Assembly (NCBI RefSeq): GCF_009914755.1
Contig: NC_060940.1
Length of the DNA: 64,000 nt
Reading direction: 5' to 3' (one strand)
From: the human T2T-CHM13v2.0 reference genome, Homo sapiens
Made by a program: the position numbers and the translations under genes. Under the pieces are notes generated by a model, which was given only the letters and a program-made list of their open reading frames with translations, did not search any database and was not told where the DNA came from. This document shows, piece by piece, positions 15,850-44,353 of the stretch. Position 1 is the first letter of the stretch; the number at the start of each line of letters is the position of its first letter.

Positions 15850-17150
15850 CATCTGAATACATGTGTGTGAACATATGATTTTAATCCTTTGTAGGACATA
15901 CTTAGGAGTGAGAGTTCTAGGTCATGGATTAAGGACATGTTTAATTGTATAGGAAACTGTAAATGATTTTCCCAGAAACTGTTTCATTTTGCATTCCCAC
16001 TAGCAATATATTAGTCTCTAGGGTGACTGACTTCTTCACCGACCCTGATATTGTCAGTATTTCTTCTTTATTTTTTGTCTTTCTAGGAAGTCTATGGTAG
16101 TGTCTCCTTTTGGTCTTGATTTGCAGTTCTCTAGTGGAAAATCACATTCATATGCTGGTGTGTCATCTGTACATCTTCGAGGTTTGCCGGTTCATATTAT
16201 AATTACATTGGTAGATATATGACTTGCAAATATTTTCTCCTTTGCAGCTTGTCCTTAATTTTCTTGATAGTCACTTGAGTAGAAAATGTTTTAAAATTTG
16301 AAGTTCAACTAACGTTATTTTCATTTATTGGTCACAATTTTAATTTTCAGTATTGTTGATCAACTGTTAATAATCATGTTTTAATTATATTTGTTTTTAT
16401 TTTATATGTATAAATTTGTGGGGAGTGACTGCAATTTTGTTACATATATATATTGCATAGTAGTCTTGGCTTTAATGTATCCATGATCCAAATAATGTAC
16501 ATTGTACCCATTAAGTAATTTCTCACCATTCTCCCACCTTCTGCTCTCCCATCTTTCTGAGTCTCCAGTGTCCATCATTCCTTTCTCTATGTCCCTGTGC
16601 ACATATGAGTTAGCTCTCATTTATAAGTGAGAACATGTGGTGTGTGATGTTCTGTTTCTCAATTATTATACTTAAAATAATGATGAATTCCATCCATGTA
16701 GCTGCAAAAGATATGATTGCATTCCTTCATATGGCTGGATAGTATTTAAATGTATATATATGTAACATTTTCTTTATAAAATTATCTGTTGTTAGGCATA
16801 GGTTAATTCCTAAGTTTGATGACTGGGCTATTATGAATAGTTCTGCAAGAAAACAAAAGTCGGCTTATCATTCTGATATAATGATTTATTTTTCCTTTAG
16901 GTAGTTATTTGTGGTTATCGAATCAAAGTAGTTCTACTTTTCTTCTTTGAAAAATCTCCATACTGTTTTCCATAGAGGCTGTGCTAATCTACATCCTCAC
17001 CACAAGTGTCCGAGCGTTCCTTTTGCCTTCAATCCTCACCAATACCTGTTATTTTTGGCTCTTTAATAGTAGCCATTCTGACTGGTTTAAGAAATATCAT
17101 TGCAGTTTTAATTTGCATCTCCCTGATAATTAGTGCTGTTTAGCATTGTT
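15850..17150 (-). mobile_element. L1 3' fragments (L1M/L1PB-type, nested)
   Basis: TTTTGCATTCCCACTAGCAAT, ATAAGTGAGAACATGTGG, CATCCATGTAGCTGCAAAAG and TAGCCATTCTGACTGG are antisense L1 3'-end motifs. Confidence 0.75.
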
Positions 17151-17659
17151 TACTTATTTATCATCCAGCATTTTCCCATGTATATCAATACATCAACTGG
17201 TGTACCTTAAATACATACAATTTTATTTGTCAACTTTAGCTCCATAAAGCTGAAAATGTAACTCAGTCTTATAATAAAAAAATGCATACTTATATTTCTA
17301 TGTATTTTATCAATATGTGAGAATATAAACAGAAAAACTTGTACGAAAATAGTTACAACAGTTTGTTTATAACATTTATGTTGGAAAGAAATTTAAATTT
17401 CATCAACAGGAAAACAAATATACATATTGTCATTATTTCACATAATAAACTGATTTATTTACTTAATAAACTGTCATTTACTGATGTTATGGATTGATTC
17501 AGATATGAAATATTCATATGTGTATTAGTACGTACATATGTATATATATGATGACAAAACCTTGAGACATGAAATTACATAAATAAACCTAAAAAATAGC
17601 AAAAATAAGTTCAAAACAGAAAAAATTAACCTATAGTGACAAAAATTAGAACATTTTTC

Positions 17660-20600
17660 TATTTGCATTTTTCTGATGGTTAGTGATGATGAGAATCTTT
17701 TAAAATATTGCTGGCCACCTGTAAGTCTTCTTTTCAGAAGTGTCTGTTCTTGTTATTTGCCCATTTATTAATGGGGTTATTTGTCTTTGGATTCTTGATT
17801 TGTTTAAGTTTCCTATACATTCTTGATATGGTTTGATTGTGTCCCCACACAAACCTTATCATGAATTGTTGCTCCCATAATTACCATGTGTTGTGGGAGG
17901 GACCCCGTGGGAGATAATTGAATCATGGTGGGGGGGTCTTTCCCATGCTATTCTCATGATAGTGAATTAGTCTCATGAGATCTGGTGATTTGATAAAGGG
18001 GAGTTTCCCTGCATGAGTTCTCCTCTCTTGCTGATGATTTTATAAAGGGGAGTTTCCCTGCATGTCCTCTCTTCTCTTGTATGCCACCATGTGATATGTG
18101 CCTTTCACATTCTGCCATGATTTCGAGGCTTCCCCAGCAACGTGGAAGTGTGAGTCTATTAAACCTCTTTCTCTTGTAAATGCCCAGTCTCAGGTACGTC
18201 TTTATCAGCAGCATGAAAAGCAACTAATACAGTAAATTGGTATCAGTTGAGTGAAGTGCTACTGATAAGATACTCAAAAACATAAAAGCGAATTTGGAAC
18301 TGGAAAACACGCTGAGGATGAAACAGTTTGGAGGGCTCAGAAGAAGACAGAAAAAAATGTGTGAAAGTTTGAAACTCTCTAGAGATTTGTTGAATGGCTT
18401 TGGCCAAAATGCTGATAATGATGTGAACAATAAAATCCAGGCTGAGGTGGCCTCAGATGGAGACGAGGAACTTGTTGGGAACTGGAGCAAAGTTGACTCT
18501 AGTTAGGCTTTAGCAAAGATACTGGTGGCATTTTGCCTCTGCCTTAGAGATTTGTGGAACTTTGAGCTTGAGAGAGATGATACCAGGTATCTGGCAGTAA
18601 AAAATTCTAAGCAACAAAGTATTCAAGGTGTGACTTGGGTGCTGTTAAACACACTCAGTTTTAAAGGAGGTAGAACATAAAAGTTCAGAAAATTTGCAGC
18701 CCGACAATGCAATAGAAAATAAAATCCCATTTTCTTAGGATAAATTCAAGCCAGCTGCGTAAATTTACATAAGTAATGAGGACCCAAATGTTGGTCACCA
18801 AGACAATGCAGAAAATGTTCCAGGGCATGTCAGAGACTTTTGTGGAAGGTTCTCCCATCGTAAGCCAGAGACCTAGGAGGAAAAAATGGTTTCATGGGCT
18901 GGGCTCAGGGTCCCTCTGCTATGTGCAGTCTAGGGACCCGGTTCCTTGCATCGGAGCTGCTCCAGCCATGATTAAAAGGGGCCAAGGTACATACAACTCA
19001 GGCTGTGGCTTCAAGGGGTGAAAGCCCCAAGCCTTAGCATCTTCCATTTGGTGTTGAGCCTGCAGGTGCACACAAGTCAAGAATTGAGGTTTAATAACCT
19101 CTGCCCAGATTTCGGAGGATGTATGTAAATGCCTGGATGTCCAGACAGAAGGTGGCTGCAGGGAGGGGCCCACATGGGAAACTCTGTTAGGGGCAGCGAG
19201 GAAAGAAAATGTGGGGTGTGTGCTTTCACACAGAGTCCCCACTGGTGCATTGCCTAGTGAAGCTATGATTAGAAGGCCACAGTTATTCAGACCCCAGAAT
19301 AGTAGATCCACCAACAGCTTGCACCATGCACCTAGAAAAGCCATGGACACTCAGAGCAAGCCAGTGAAAGCAGCTGGGTGAAAGACTGTACCCTGCAAAG
19401 CCAGAGGCATATAGCTGCCCAAGACCATGGGAACCCAACACTTACATCAGCATGACCTGGATGTGAGACATGGAGTCAAAATAGATCTTTTTTGAGCTTT
19501 AAGATTTGACTGTCCCACTGGATTTTGGACTTGTACAGGGCCTTTAGCCCCTTTGCTTTGGCCAATTTCTGCCATTTGGAATTGCTCTATTTACCCAATA
19601 CCTGTACTCCCATTGTGTCTAGGAAGTAACTAACTTACTTTTGATTTTACAGGCTCATAGGCAGAAGGGACTTGCCTTGTCTCAGATGAGGCCTTGGAAT
19701 GTGGACATTTCAGTTAATGCTGAAATAAGTTAAGAATTTGGGACTGTTGGGAAGGCATGATCCATTTTGAAATGTGTGTACATGAGATTTAGGAGGAGCC
19801 AGGGGCAGAATGATATGATTTGACTGTGTCCCCACCCAATTCTCATCTTAATTGGAGCTTCAGTAATTTCCTAATATTGTGGAATAAACCCCCTGTGAGA
19901 TAATTAAATCGTGGGGGCGGGTCTTTCCCATGCTATTCTCTTGAGAGTGAATGTCTCATAATATCTGATAGTTTTATAAAGGGGGATTTTCCTGCACAAG
20001 TTCTCTTTTCTTGTCTGCTGCCATATGGGACGTGCCTTTCACATTCCACCATGACTGTGAGGCCTCTCTAGCCTTGTGGAACTGTGGATCAAACCTCTTC
20101 TTCTTCTTTTATGATAAATTGCCTAATATCGGGTATGTCTTTATTAGCAACATGAAAACCAACTAATACAATTCTGGATATTAGGGCATTGTTGGATGCA
20201 ACATTTGTGAATAACTTCCCACAATCTGTAGGTTGTCTGCTCACTATGCTGATAGTTTTGTTTGTTTGTTTGTTTGGTTGGTTGGTTAGCTGGTTGGTTT
20301 GCTGCATAGTAACTCTTTAGCAAATTAGTCTCTCCTTATCTATTTTTGTTTTTGTTGCAATTGCTTTTGGATACTTAGCCAAAAAGTATTTGTCAAAGCT
20401 GGTGTTGAGAAGAGTATTTTCATGTGTCTTCAAGGATTTTTATAGTTTGATGTCTTACATTTAAATCTGTTATCAATTTTGAGTTAATTTTTATATATGT
20501 TGAAAGCAGACATCCAGTTTGAATCTTTGTCATATGGCTAGCTAGTTGTCCCAGTACCATTTATGGAACAGGGAATTCCTTTCTCATTTCTTGTTTTTTT

Positions 20601-21298
20601 GTCAGCCTTATCAAATATCATATGGTTGTAGGTGTGCAGCCTCACACCACTCAAATTTTTATCACTAAAAAGTCAAAAACCAGTGGATACTGATGGGGCT
20701 GTGGTGAAAAGAAAACACTTACACACTGTTAATGGGAATATAAATTAGTCCACCCACTTTGGAAAGCAGACTGGAGATTTCTCAAAGAACTTAAAACGGA
20801 GATATTATATGAACCAGCTATCCTTCTACATGGTATACACTACAAGGTAAACAAATAATTCTACCAAAGAGACACATGTGTGTGTATGTTTATTGCTGTG
20901 TTATTCACAGTGGCAAAGACAAAGATCAGCCCAGATGCACATCGATGGTAGAGTGGATATATAAAATGTGGTATATGTAAAATGTATAATACTACACAGC
21001 CATAAAAAAGAATGAAATCATGTCCTTTGCAGCAAAACAAATGGAGCTGGAGTTCTTAATCCTAAACAAATTAATTCAGGAAAAGAAAACTGAACACCAC
21101 ATATTCTCCTAAGTGGCACCTCAGCATTGAGCACACATGGATAAATATGGGAGCAACAGACACTGTGGACTGCTAGACAGTGGAGGGAGAGGGTGATGAA
21201 ATCTGTATTCCAAACCTCAGCATCACCCAATAATCCCATGTAACAAATCCACACATGAACCCTCTGTTTCTAAATTATAAAGTTGAAATAAAAAAAAT
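17660..21298 (+). mobile_element. 5'-inverted L1 (old L1PA/L1PB-type), later interrupted by THE1
   Basis: Antisense L1 at 17,660-20,640 abuts a sense L1 3' end at 20,641-21,298 that finishes in an A-rich tail. The two parts are near-contiguous in L1 coordinates. Confidence 0.7.
17824..20170 (+). mobile_element. Full-length THE1 MaLR element (LTR 17,824-18,231; internal 18,232-19,810; LTR 19,811-20,170)
   Basis: Both LTRs run TGATATG...CTAATACA. The internal part starts GTAAATTGGTA and ends in a polypurine tract GGAGGAGCCAGGGGCAGAA. A 5-bp target-site duplication, ATTCT, is present on both sides. Confidence 0.93.
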
Positions 21299-21682
21299 CC
21301 TTATGGGAGAACTAACTTGAAGCACTGAAGAGGACACTTTGTGGGGAGATGGACCTGTTCCTCACCCTCACTTAGCTGCTGTAGACAAGTATGTGCACAT
21401 TTGCCTGGAACCCTCTAACTGTACCTGGAAAATCTGTGCATTTTGTATATGCTAATTTTATCTCACAAAAATGGAAAATAGACAATTGTAGAAAAATATT
21501 TTATATTAAAATTAAAATCTTAAAATAAATATGAAAATTCAAATACAAAATGAGAATGTGATTGTTACAATAATTATTAATGTGCATTCAGCTATATCTA
21601 CTAGAATAAAATCACAGAAATAAGAAAGATAAATGTAACATCTGAAAATAAAAAAATTAATGAACACACTGAAGACACCTGG

Positions 21683-23900
21683 GACCCACAGGTGGGGTGA
21701 CTTGACCTTCAGTCATCCTCTTGGTGATTTGAGGGTTTTCCCAGGAAACGATGAGACATAGATTTTCAATGGGGCTCTGGTGACCCTGGTGAGATGTCTG
21801 AAGGTCCCCGAGGCCTGACCATCCAGCCAGCGCCCCTGGCCTCTGGACGCCCTGCCTGCCCTGCAGAGGCGGTTGGCAGTGCCACCTGGCTTTTGGCCGG
21901 GTCCTGGGGAGGCAGAGAGAGGCCAATTTTGGTTCTCACTCCTGGCCCCCCAGAGGGCACAGTGAGGAGCCAGTAGGGAGAGGATAGGAGAAGAGGAGGA
22001 GGAGCGGTGTCCCCGGCAGCAGGATTCCCACTTGGAGCACAAAGTGAAGCAAGCACAGGGGAGGGGGACTAGAATCAGTCCCCCACAGCAAGCACAGAAA
22101 GGAGGAGCTGCGCAGAAGGCAGAGCCCCCCAGCCCCTGGGGCCTGGCTGGGGAAGGTCCGCACTTAGGGAGAGCTGGGAGCTGTTGAAGGTTTGGGGGGA
22201 GGGGAAACGGGTTGTGTTTCTTCATTTCTTTTTTTGTTTTTGACTTTGTTGGTTCATCCTTATTTTCTAGCTTTGGATCATTTTTGTACCAAGGCGAGCA
22301 AGCCTTTTTGAAAAATAACAAAAGAGGAAAAAAAAAATCCCTCCTGGAAAAAAAAAAAAAACCCTGGAAAATAGAAAAAAAAAAAGGACCTCATAAATGA
22401 TGCAATTACTTTTAATTGCAGGCAACTCTTTACATTTAAGTGAAGTGTCTTAACATTTTATACGGTTTTAAAAATATATTTACATATTCTATATATAATA
22501 TACGTAATATAAATATATATAAATATTTAAAAAAGAAAAAAGTAAACCACGGCACTCTTCCTGGCCACTGTTTTGGTGGGGGAGGGGGGCTGGGGGGGGC
22601 GGGCACGTCGGCCTGGCTTCTGTGGTCCCAGTGAAATGGTCTGGTTTGATTTGGCTGTACAGAGATCCCCTGACTTGGGAGGGGAGGGGGGAGTGGTGCC
22701 CCCTCCTCCCTCCACTCCATTACTCTCTGCTTGCTACTTCGCTTGCCCCCAGCTCCCACCCTCAGCCCTGTGACTGGAATGTGTGCCCCACCGTCATTGT
22801 CCTGAGTTGAATGTCCCTTTGTGGGGGAGGTGTGGGGGCAGTGTCCATCCACAAAGGGGCAGAAGGAGGGAGCCACGGGCCCTGCCCCACCTGCTCGGGG
22901 GAAGCCCAGTGGGATTTGCATCTTTCTTTCCCTTTGGTTCCTGCACATTTATGGGCCGGGAGGCATCCGTGTGGAATTGCGTGCAGCCTGTGTGTGTGCT
23001 GGCACAAGCCCATGCACTGTGTGTGCAGACGCATGGCGCCTGCACCCACAGGCATGGCCGAGCACATGTGTGGGGGAAGGCGTGGGCACATAGGTGCATG
23101 TAACCTGTTTGCGCATTGGCACGTGCCTACCTGCATGTTAGCGTGAGAGGAGCTTTGTGTGTGAGAACATGTGTAATGTGTGTGCAGACATGCCGAGCGC
23201 CAGAGACTTGTGTGTGGGCCACGTACATGTGGACAGAGACGCATACATGGAGGTGCATGTAATCTGTGTCTCCGAGTGTGTGTGTGCACGTATGTGTGCT
23301 GGTGCAGACCCAGGTGTGTGGGTGTGCCTCTGTGTGCGTGTGTTCCATCATCCCTGCACCACTGGCTCCAGATCCCTTCCTGAGCCCCCGTCCCCACTGG
23401 CCCTCTCACAGCCTGCAACACATCAGTGCCCCCAGCTGCATGCGCCTCGCTGCTCTGTCCATCAGTGTGTGCTTGACCAAGAGAAAACTAAGACGTCTCG
23501 GGGAACCCCTGTACCTGGTCCTCTCGGCCCCCGCCCACTGTGCTGTGTTACTCGCATGGGGGATTTCCTGCCCCTTCCACAATATGCTGTTTCCCCCAGG
23601 AGGCTCAGGCCTGAGGCTCGGAGTGGGGTCCCCAGGGGGCCCCCTGGGGTGAGCCCCGGCTCCACACCCTGCCCCATCCACCCTGTAGGGCCCATGTTGG
23701 TGTAGCGGTGATGGCTTCTGTGGATATTCTGTGACCTCTGTCGGTGTAACTTGACAATTTCTAAATGGAAAAGGGTTGCTGCGTTTTCTCTGTCTCTTTT
23801 TTTAATGTCCTTTTTTCTTCTCCCCACCTCCCTGCTCTCTTTCCTTTTCAGTTTTTCTAGCCAAGTGTTTGGGGCTTTAATAAAACTTGTTTCTTTTTCC
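21683..23900 (+). pseudogene. Duplicated 3'UTR-like fragment, probably the SRCIN1 terminal exon
   Basis: Repeat-free GC-rich block with A-rich, AU-rich and GU-rich segments, ending in AATAAA (23,879-23,884) plus a T-rich tract. SRCIN1 is recalled as the convergent 3' neighbour of ARHGAP23 on 17q12; identity is inferred from synteny. Confidence 0.55.
23879..23884 (+). terminator. Polyadenylation signal AATAAA
   Basis: GGGGCTTTAATAAAACTTGTTTCTTTTTCCC at the end of the UTR-like block. Confidence 0.55.
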
Positions 23901-24024
23901 CCTCCTGGATCTCCTTCCTATAGGCTGATGTCTCATTATTTCTCTGCTTCACTCTGGAGGATCTGGAAGGTGCTGGGATGGGTGGGGTGGCAGGTGGGGA
24001 ATCCCTGGCAGCCACTGGCCTTCA

Positions 24025-37887
<13,863 letters not shown>

Positions 37888-40280
37888 TGAAGTAGATAGG
37901 GAATCCCTGCATTCCAATATCTGTTGTCAATGCAAAAATTTTCACGGCCAGTTCTCTGTCAGGGTCAGGGTCATGGGGAGGTTTCTTATGGGGCAAGGGT
38001 TGGGGTCAAGGAATTTGAGGAACTTGAATAGGGCAGGGCTGAGGAAATCAGAGCCTGGTCAGGAGCTAGACTTCTCCCTGTACCAGTGGGGGTGCTCGGG
38101 GATTATTGCAGGCCGTAAAGAAAGCTAAGCATTAGGCGAGGGACCACCAGAGAAGACAAAAGTGGTCCCCTTCCTCAAGAACTTAGAATTAAGATGATAA
38201 GGAGAGTGGGGTGCCGTGGCTCATGCCTGTAATCTCAGCACTTTGGGAGGCCGAGGCAGCAGGATCCATTGAAGCCAGGAATTCAAGAACATCCTGCACA
38301 AAGAAGCAAGACCCCATTTCTACAAAAAAATACAAAAACATTAGGCAGGAGTGGTGGTGTGTGCCTGTAGTCCAGCTAACTCAGGAGGCTGAAGCAGGAG
38401 GATCACTTGAGCACAGCAGTTAGAGGCTGCAGTGAGCTGTGTTCAGGCCACTGCACTCCAGCCTGGGTGACAGAGCAAGACCTGTCTCAAAAAAAAAAAA
38501 AAAAAAAGATGATAAGGGAGCCTTCTGAGTAAAGAACAGCTCCACTCCACCTGTGGTGGAGCTAAGAGACCGCCATGTGTGCCTGCCCACACTCCTACCC
38601 GGGACAGCCTAAACCATCCACACAGGGAGGCGGGATCAGAATGTGGCTGTAACTTGGGGCACCGACGCCGCCTGGGTGTCCTGGACACAGCCTGGAGAAA
38701 GTCTAGAGACAGGGCTGTCACATCTAGAACAATGGTTTCTGATGAGCTTGGGAGCACCCTGTCCAAATTGAATCCTCCCTAGAAACCCAGCAATGTGAGA
38801 CAGAACCAAGAGTGGCTCAGATGGAGGCCGTGGGAGCTTGGATGCCTGCACACTTGGTCCTCTCATATACCTGTTGGTGGTCACAACCCCATGGTGGCTC
38901 CAGGGAACACAGTTTGACCATCACGGACCTGGGTTTTAGAGTCAGGCAAGAGAGACAGAGGCTGGCAGTTGTGAGTGTCCGGCACTTGCAGGATTTGTGC
39001 CCACCCTCAGCGCTCACAGCCTGGTGGGAGGCCAGGCCCTGGTGCCCAAGGCAGCCCCTTCCCTACAGCTGGGACAGGAGGCCACAGGTTCTCAGACACC
39101 TGGTGCCTCCTGCTTCCCTGACTCTGATTCCTGGTCTCCCCAGTAGATGAGACTGAGACCACTGCGGCAAACACAACTCAACGTCCCTGTCCCTGCAACA
39201 GTTATTCCTATCGCTGTACTTAATAGACTGGCAGCCTCATCCATGCCTCCGTTTCTTAGAGGCTTGGCCAGCTGGTTTCAGCTCAGGCTCAGGACAGAGC
39301 CAGTCCGTGTGCCAGAAAATCAAGAAACACTCAGAGCCTGAGAACAGAGGATCAGAACTCAGATACCAGAGCACCACCAAGGAAGGAGGCCACCTAACCA
39401 GCTCCCTTGCCTGAGGCCCAAGAATATGCCCAACCTTCTAGTTACTTAAGTTCTCTGAGCCTTGGTTCCCCCATCTGTAAAATGGGGATGGTACAAAATT
39501 CAAGGTCTTCCGTAAAAATGAAATGAAACCGATGTTTGTGAAAAGTTATCTGCATACTGGCTGGCACCTAGTAGGTGCTCAGTAAATGTGCATTCCCTCC
39601 TCTTTCATCTCATGCTAGTGATTGTGATGAACTCACTGGGTCACAGTGAGGTCTCTGAGTCAGTTTACAGTAAAGACGTACTCTCTGAAAAGCACGTTCT
39701 ATTGTTCAAGCCCCTATAATTGAGAAGGCCTCCTGCAGGAGTCAGGCAGGCCCAGACTGGGAAGCGGTAACTGCTAGGGTCTCAGGAGGAAGGAATTTCA
39801 AGCCAGGAGGCTTCAGGGAGGCAGTGGCCTGTGAGCTCTGGGGAGGTCAGTTTTGAGTCCACTGGAGACACGGTGGGGTCACAGGAAGCAAATGAGGACA
39901 TCTTCTGGCCAGAAGGGACTCAGAAGGGGCTCTCCGGGGAGTGTGGAGAAGCCAGGCCCAAAGGGGCAGGGCACGGCTGCTGGGCAAAGTGCTGGCTCTC
40001 GAGAAGGGGCCGCAGCCTTCAGAGGCCTCAGCCTGCCCATGATGCTCCTCGGCCCCTTCAGGAAATCTGCCTTGCTTTATGGGACCTATTTCAGACTTCC
40101 TTCACTCTGCTCAGACATTCCCTGCCACCTTCATGCCCAGCAGAGGTCCTCACCTTCCACTTCACTGAGGAAAGAGCCATCAGCTGGGAGCAACCCCAAT
40201 GACCTGCTGCCAACACTGCCTGCTAGTGTGCCCCTGCCACCTCCCTCTCTTCCTACTACACCTGGGGATGCATCTGCTAG

Positions 40281-40574
<294 letters not shown>

Positions 40575-41049
40575 TAGAGTTGAGGTCTCACTATGTTGTC
40601 CAGGCTGGTCTCGGACTCCTGGGCTAAAGGGATTCTCCTGCCTCGGCCTCCAAATGTGTTGGGATTACAGGCATGAGCCACCATGCCTGGCTGCTTTCAT
40701 CTTTTCATGAAAGTTTCCCTCAAGCCACATATTTTCCCATTTTGTTCTGTAAATATCTCTTCACAATCGGACTTCTCACAAGAGTGGTCTATGTATGCGC
40801 TCTTCCCTCCCTCACTTTATTAGCTCATTCCATCTGGTTTCTGCCTCCACTGTGCCTCCAAATCTGCCAGACAGATAGTCTATTTCTTCATTAGCTTAGT
40901 GTCTGTCTCTCAGTAGAAGATAAGCTTTGTGAGGGCAGGAACCTATCTGTTTGGCTCATTATTTATATTTTCAGTACCCAGCACAGTACTGATATAAAGT
41001 AGACATTCAACAAATATTTGTGGTATTATCATATGAATTAGCCCTATCT

Positions 41050-42350
<1,301 letters not shown>

Positions 42351-42800
42351 GCTCTCCAAAGACCTTAAAGGATATCTGTTTTATTTATTATAGCACCCCA
42401 CAGATTTACTGATATTCCCATTTTATAGATGAGGAAGCTAAGGATCAGAAAGTGGTTAGGTAACTTGCCCAATGTCCCAAACTACTAAATGGTGGAGCCA
42501 GAACTCAAACCCAGGACTGTCTGACTCCAGAGTCTGTGCTTCTAACTACTGAGTGACATTGCCTCCTAGCCACATAACTCCCAGGCCAGGTCCTTCTACT
42601 ACAGCAGATGCCTCACTAAACACTGCCAAGGTAAGCAACTTCTCAGCTTACCTTGGGCACTCGGTACCTCCTGCCTTCCCTCCCAGGGACCATCAACTTT
42701 CCCCACGGTCCAATTGCCATTCCCTCAATTCTCTTGAACAAAAACCAAAGTGGGCTGGCTTGTACAGGGATCAAGCCTTCAGAATTGCCTTTGTACGTAC

Positions 42801-42832
42801 CTTGGACTTGACTGAACTATAGGTGGTAGAAT
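42801..42832 (-). pseudogene. ARHGAP23P1: ARHGAP23 penultimate pseudo-exon
   Basis: (D)STTYSSVKSK; 32 nt; CAACAG acceptor and GTACGT donor. Confidence 0.85.
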
Positions 42833-44333
42833 CTGTTGGTGAAAGACAGAAAAAAAAATGAAAGTTGCATCAGGGAAAAAGAAAGTTGAGTCTTATGCAC
42901 ACAATTCCTCTCCTCAAAGGCTTCAGAAACCAGGGAATTCTGAAACATGAGATCTCCCCAGGCCCTAGGAGTATGATGGACTTCTGATGTCCATCTATGG
43001 GAAAGGGATGGAGCAGAAAATGATGTTAATTGCCACTTCCTCTAGAGGCAGGAAGTGACATCAGGCTGCCAGCCACTGGCCCCTCATTTACCGAAGGCTA
43101 AGGGCAAGGGGGCATTGTCTTTGAGCCTAGTTCCTCTCTCCTTCCCCGCCTGTCCCTGTTACTCTGAAGCACTGGAGAGAAAATGCTAAATATCAGGTGC
43201 AGTCCATGGAAACCACCACAGTGAAACACAGCAAATCACAGATGCTCTGGAGAAATGGAGACCACACAGTGCACCTCCAGACCTGGGGTCACCCTGCCTC
43301 ATGGGCAGGGTCCCCAGTTATCACCCAGTTATGAAGGAGACTAAAAGCATGATTTCTATGGGACTTGGGTCCCACTCCCTTAATATCACTGGGGTGGAGA
43401 AGGAACCAGAAACACGTCCTGGTGGGTCCTCTCCAAGGCTAGAGAGGGAGCAGGTTGGTCCAAGGGCCTCCTGGGGTCCCACAGGGTAGTGGGCAGGTGT
43501 GGTTAATCCACACTCTCTGGCAGGCAAGTTAGATGCCCCCCTCTCCGGACCCCTCCCCCTGCACAAGGTGAGAAAAGCAAGATGGGCGACCACACATGAC
43601 ACACGGGGCGCGGGGGGCGGTGGGTGATTAGAAGAGACATGGGGTCCCTCTCTGCCGTCCCACCCCCATGTCTTCTGGCCCCTCCTGAGCCTGCCTCTGG
43701 TGACTAGGGAGCTCCTGTGTGCCTCTGTCAGAGACAAACAGAAATGCTAAAACTAAAGAGAGGGACAACAATGGCGGGGGGAGGAGTCAGTGGCTGCAGC
43801 CACAAAGGGAGTGGCCCTCATCTGTCTCTGAGCATGTAAATCATCTGTCCTCTGCCATGAGAGGGCCAAAGGCCCTGCAAACAGGACTTAGGGCCCCGGT
43901 TTCTTAAGCAGGAGGAGGCGGCCCATTGGGGTGACTGAGGCAGGAGTTAGAGATAAAGAGAAGCTTCTGGGCATGGCATCGCTGGTCTCCAGAGAGTGTC
44001 GGTCCCCAGCCCGGATGACTAGCAGTGGTGAGACTCGGCAAAGAGAGGCCACAAGGTCTGTGGCACTGCAGAAGGGCAGCAATTCGATGCCCCGGTGTCC
44101 AGGCAACGGGGAGGGCCCTGGGCCCAGTGAGTGCCTCCTTCCTCCTGAGAAGGGGCTCTAGGATGGGAGGGGCATGGACTGCTGGGGTAAGTGGATAACA
44201 AGCAGGGGTAACTGGCATGTCAGTGTGGGGTCCTCACAGTCCGGGACATTCTGCCTGCCTCTGTGCCCACCCAGCCTTCTTATAATCACCCGCCACTGTT
44301 AGTGACCGAGGCCGCGACACTGCACTGTACTCT

Positions 44334-44353
44334 TTAAATCTCCAACAGGTCCG
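44334..44353 (-). pseudogene. ARHGAP23P1: Alternative terminal exon coding part (ADLLEI*) of the short ARHGAP23 isoform
   Basis: Long polypyrimidine tract plus CAG acceptor; phase-1 compatible CGGACCTGTTGGAGATTTAA. Matches the recalled short-isoform C-terminus. Confidence 0.7.

Noticed and set aside
21657-23827. Many overlapping 100-219 aa ORFs
   Set aside because: Low-complexity GC- and GT-rich sequence, open in several frames on both strands, with no recognisable domain.
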